Assembly: GCA_002269645.1 (NCBI GenBank)
Contig: NIVC01002176.1
Span: 124,001 to 188,000, forward strand
Reading direction: 5' to 3'
DNA from: Macrostomum lignano
Taxonomy: Eukaryota
Length of the DNA: 64,000 nucleotides
Shown here piece by piece: positions 61,433 to 64,000 of the stretch (position 1 is its first letter; every line of letters begins with the position of its first letter). The notes beneath the pieces were generated by a model, which was not told where the DNA came from, ran no database searches, and saw only the letters and a program-made list of their open reading frames with translations. The translations under genes were made by a program, and so were the position numbers.

Positions 61433-62574
61433 GTGCCCGAATCGGCGAATCTGCAGCAAGCAGCTCGAGATGTCGTTCAATAAGTCTCGAGTTTATCAAG
61501 GAACTTGACAAAAACAAACTGGCCTATAGAATAGAAATTGTTCTTAACAGACACGCAAAAGTCTCCCAGATACTATTTTAGATCGTACATCAACTTTTTA
61601 AAATAATAGCTAAATCTGCAAGCAAAATTTACATTTTTTAAAAATAATATTTTTATTTAATTTTGAAATCTCTATAGTAAATCCTTTCAGAAAATATAAG
61701 TTTAAATAAAGCTAATAGTTCCCAGAATTTGAACTTCAACTGTCCTCAGCAGCAAATGACTCGTTTGCGTTGTCCTTTCTGTCGGAAATAATAGACGAAG
61801 AGAGCCTGCTAGCATACCCGTTCCCGACGGCTTGGTCCGAAATCGGGCCATAGACAAATTAGACAAAGTTTCTTAGTCTAACTTTGACACCCGTAGACGT
61901 CGGGAGCTGTTAAAGTCAAATGCATTGTCGGCTGATTTTCCATGCAGGAATGGCATTCTTGCACTCTTTTGCGTGCAGAAAGGATGTCTATGGTAAAATC
62001 TCACTGAAAATGCATTAGGCGCAGAAATGCATTTCTGCACGGTTTTGTGCATTCCTGCACGATGAATATCCGACAATGGAATTCCTTCACGTTCACTCGT
62101 GCAGATGTCATTCCCGCACTCGTGACCGTACAGGAATCATTCATTCTTATTTGAGCCAGCGTGCGAAAATGAAGGCAGTCGTGCAGAAATTAAATAATCT
62201 ATAGTCAAATCTCCACTGTTTTACACATTTTACATTCCTGGACATCGTGCAGGAATGAAACTCTCCGTTCCTGCACGCAAACAATTTATTAAACAATTTA
62301 TTTAACAATTTATCTACACAGAGAGTGTAGAGGGAGGAAAGAGAGAGGAGGTTAAAAATAAATCGATTTTTGTGCTTTTTTATTTCACGCCGAGATATAA
62401 AATTAATTTAGTGAAAGGGGGAGAATGGCTCTAATAAGAATGAAATTCATGAAATTTCGCGCACTCGTGCTTTTGCCATTGACGCACTCGTAAGCGTTCA
62501 AGAATTATACTTTCCATGGAGGTCTAGCATAAATTTTCCAAGATCCATTCAAACTAATCTTTTATCAACAAACC

Positions 62575-63658
62575 ATGGAGTCTGGTGCGAGTTCGGATTC
62601 AGCTGATTCGTCTAGCTATTACTCAACTGCTGACGAGGCCGTTGATGAGTTTGAAGATAAGATAGAGAACCCAGGAGTCGAACACGTTGCTGAGTGGCAC
62701 ATGGTTTAAGCTGACACTGATAATCGACCATCAGCCTTGCCTGAATTCCTCGGTACCCTCGGTGCACGACCTGATTGGCATTCTCCAACTGCTGCGGATG
62801 GAAACGAAGAAGCTTTCCTGAAGCTATTTCTGACGGATCAACTGTTTGAAGATATTAGCCGATGGACCAACGCAAAAGCTTGGAAGATCTTTCAGGAGGC
62901 AGAGACTCAGGATGCTGTACCGAAGCTGGTGTTAAACTGGCGTGATTGCTCCACTAATGAAGCTCGAAAGACGAAAGTTGGTGGGCATTGTGCTGCTCAT
63001 GGGAGTCGACAAGAAGCCAGAAATAGCCAGCTACTGGTCAACCGACCTGATCTTTCACTGTCCGTTTCTTTCCAAGCCTTTCTCTCTATCAAGAGACCGA
63101 TTTAAGCAGCTCCTGTGGTGTCTCCGTTTCTACGACTGCTCCGAGGCTTTAGGTGCTGGTCCATTGGCAAAGATGGAGCCCTTTCTCGATCGTGCGAGGC
63201 ACCTCTGCAGCAATAACTACATGCCCCAACAGCGACTTTCAATTGATGAGACGCTGGTGCTTTACAAAGGGAGAGTTGCTTTCAAGCAATATATCCCGTC
63301 GAAGCGAAGCAAGTATGGCCTAAAGCTGTACTGCCTCTGCGAGACTAAGAGTTCATATTTATGGAACTTCGTCATACACACGTCTCCTGAGGTTAATCAA
63401 CAGTTTGGTGCAGGACTCGGATGTCAAGGCTTGAGTATGAGCGAGAGAGTTGTGGCAGAGCTGTGCCGGGGTCTCCTCCATCTCGGACATCATGTGTTCA
63501 CTGATAGTTGGTTTACATCACGCCTGCTGGCCGATTGGTTGCTGCAACACGATACGCTGCTGACCGGGACGGTGCGGAAGAATCGCGGCATTCCCGCTGA
63601 TTTGCAGGCTGTCAACATCCACCCAACTTCATCTGCATTCGCACGTTCAGGTTGTTAA
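62575..63658 (+). mobile_element. Decayed piggyBac (PGBD4-like) transposase, 3'-truncated
   Basis: SIDETLVLYKGR..FKQYIPSKRSKYGLKLYCLCE, HVFTDSWFTS, TGTVRKNRG (first two catalytic Asp). In-frame TAA at 62704, frameshift at ~62965, ORF ends before the third Asp. Confidence 0.85.
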
Positions 63659-64000
63659 AAAAGTAATGTAAATTGTATCTATGCTAATTATAGTAACTCT
63701 CGTTAGATTCCCCAAGTCTTAGAACTTTCTAGAACGATACTGTATAATTTTGTCTATGCCTAAAACTAAAGCTATTAAATCAGCCTCTGGCTTCATCCTC
63801 TCTTAACTTTCCCCTTTTGCTCGTTGACTAAGAAATATACTCGATCAGCTACACTACTGCGTTTGAAAAGCCAACAGATTATGAGCCCAGCACGCTTCCA
63901 CTGCGCATAAGTGGTAGCTGATCCAGAAGCCTCGCTCAGACGGAAAATAGGCTTGTTCTCGACACGAACTTTCCGAAGAAATGGCGGATGATAAGTTTCA

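Noticed and set aside
55069-61860. Scattered CATAGAC/GTCTATG motifs (55069, ~55905, ~59626, ~61847) as P-element termini
   Set aside because: Could not pair them with matching TSDs; the arrangement would cross the Harbinger ends
62575-63658. Domesticated PGBD host gene
   Set aside because: In-frame stop, frameshift and truncation before the third catalytic Asp indicate a dead transposon copy; TTAA/TIR ends were not identified

Overview
This is eukaryotic animal DNA, not prokaryotic: it has GT-AG introns, abundant mini- and microsatellites, and decayed transposons. The GC-rich codons and satellite-filled introns resemble a free-living flatworm such as Macrostomum (inference only). The dominant feature is a cluster of seven secreted PAN/Apple + fibrinogen-related-domain (FReD) genes, which I spliced by hand. 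Family I (signal-PAN-PAN-FReD) has three copies: 1189-3127 (-, intact), 9223-10498 (-, pseudogene) and 15880-17935 (+, intact, different first exon). Family II (signal-PAN-FReD) has four copies on the + strand: 34860-35962, 37479-40507, 47581-48776 and 60054-61432 (the last frameshifted near its end). Family II paralogues share a ~122-nt block that is ~95% identical, including silent sites, next to hypervariable ligand-binding loops. This suggests a 'constant framework / variable loop' lectin repertoire, analogous to snail FREPs but with PAN in place of Ig domains. Other host genes are an intronless MATH-BTB gene, a 4-exon single-laminin-G gene with a tandem array in each intron, and a CC2D1/lgd-like terminal exon. 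Mobile DNA comprises RTE-like LINE fragments, a tyrosine-recombinase (Ngaro/DIRS-like) remnant, two hAT MITEs with perfect 8-bp TSDs, a third hAT MITE whose internal unit expanded into a 1.6-kb satellite, a tRNA-derived SINE, a Harbinger shell containing P-element and hAT fragments, and a decayed piggyBac. Roughly a fifth of the window is tandem repeat. All domain calls come from motif recognition; no database searches were run.
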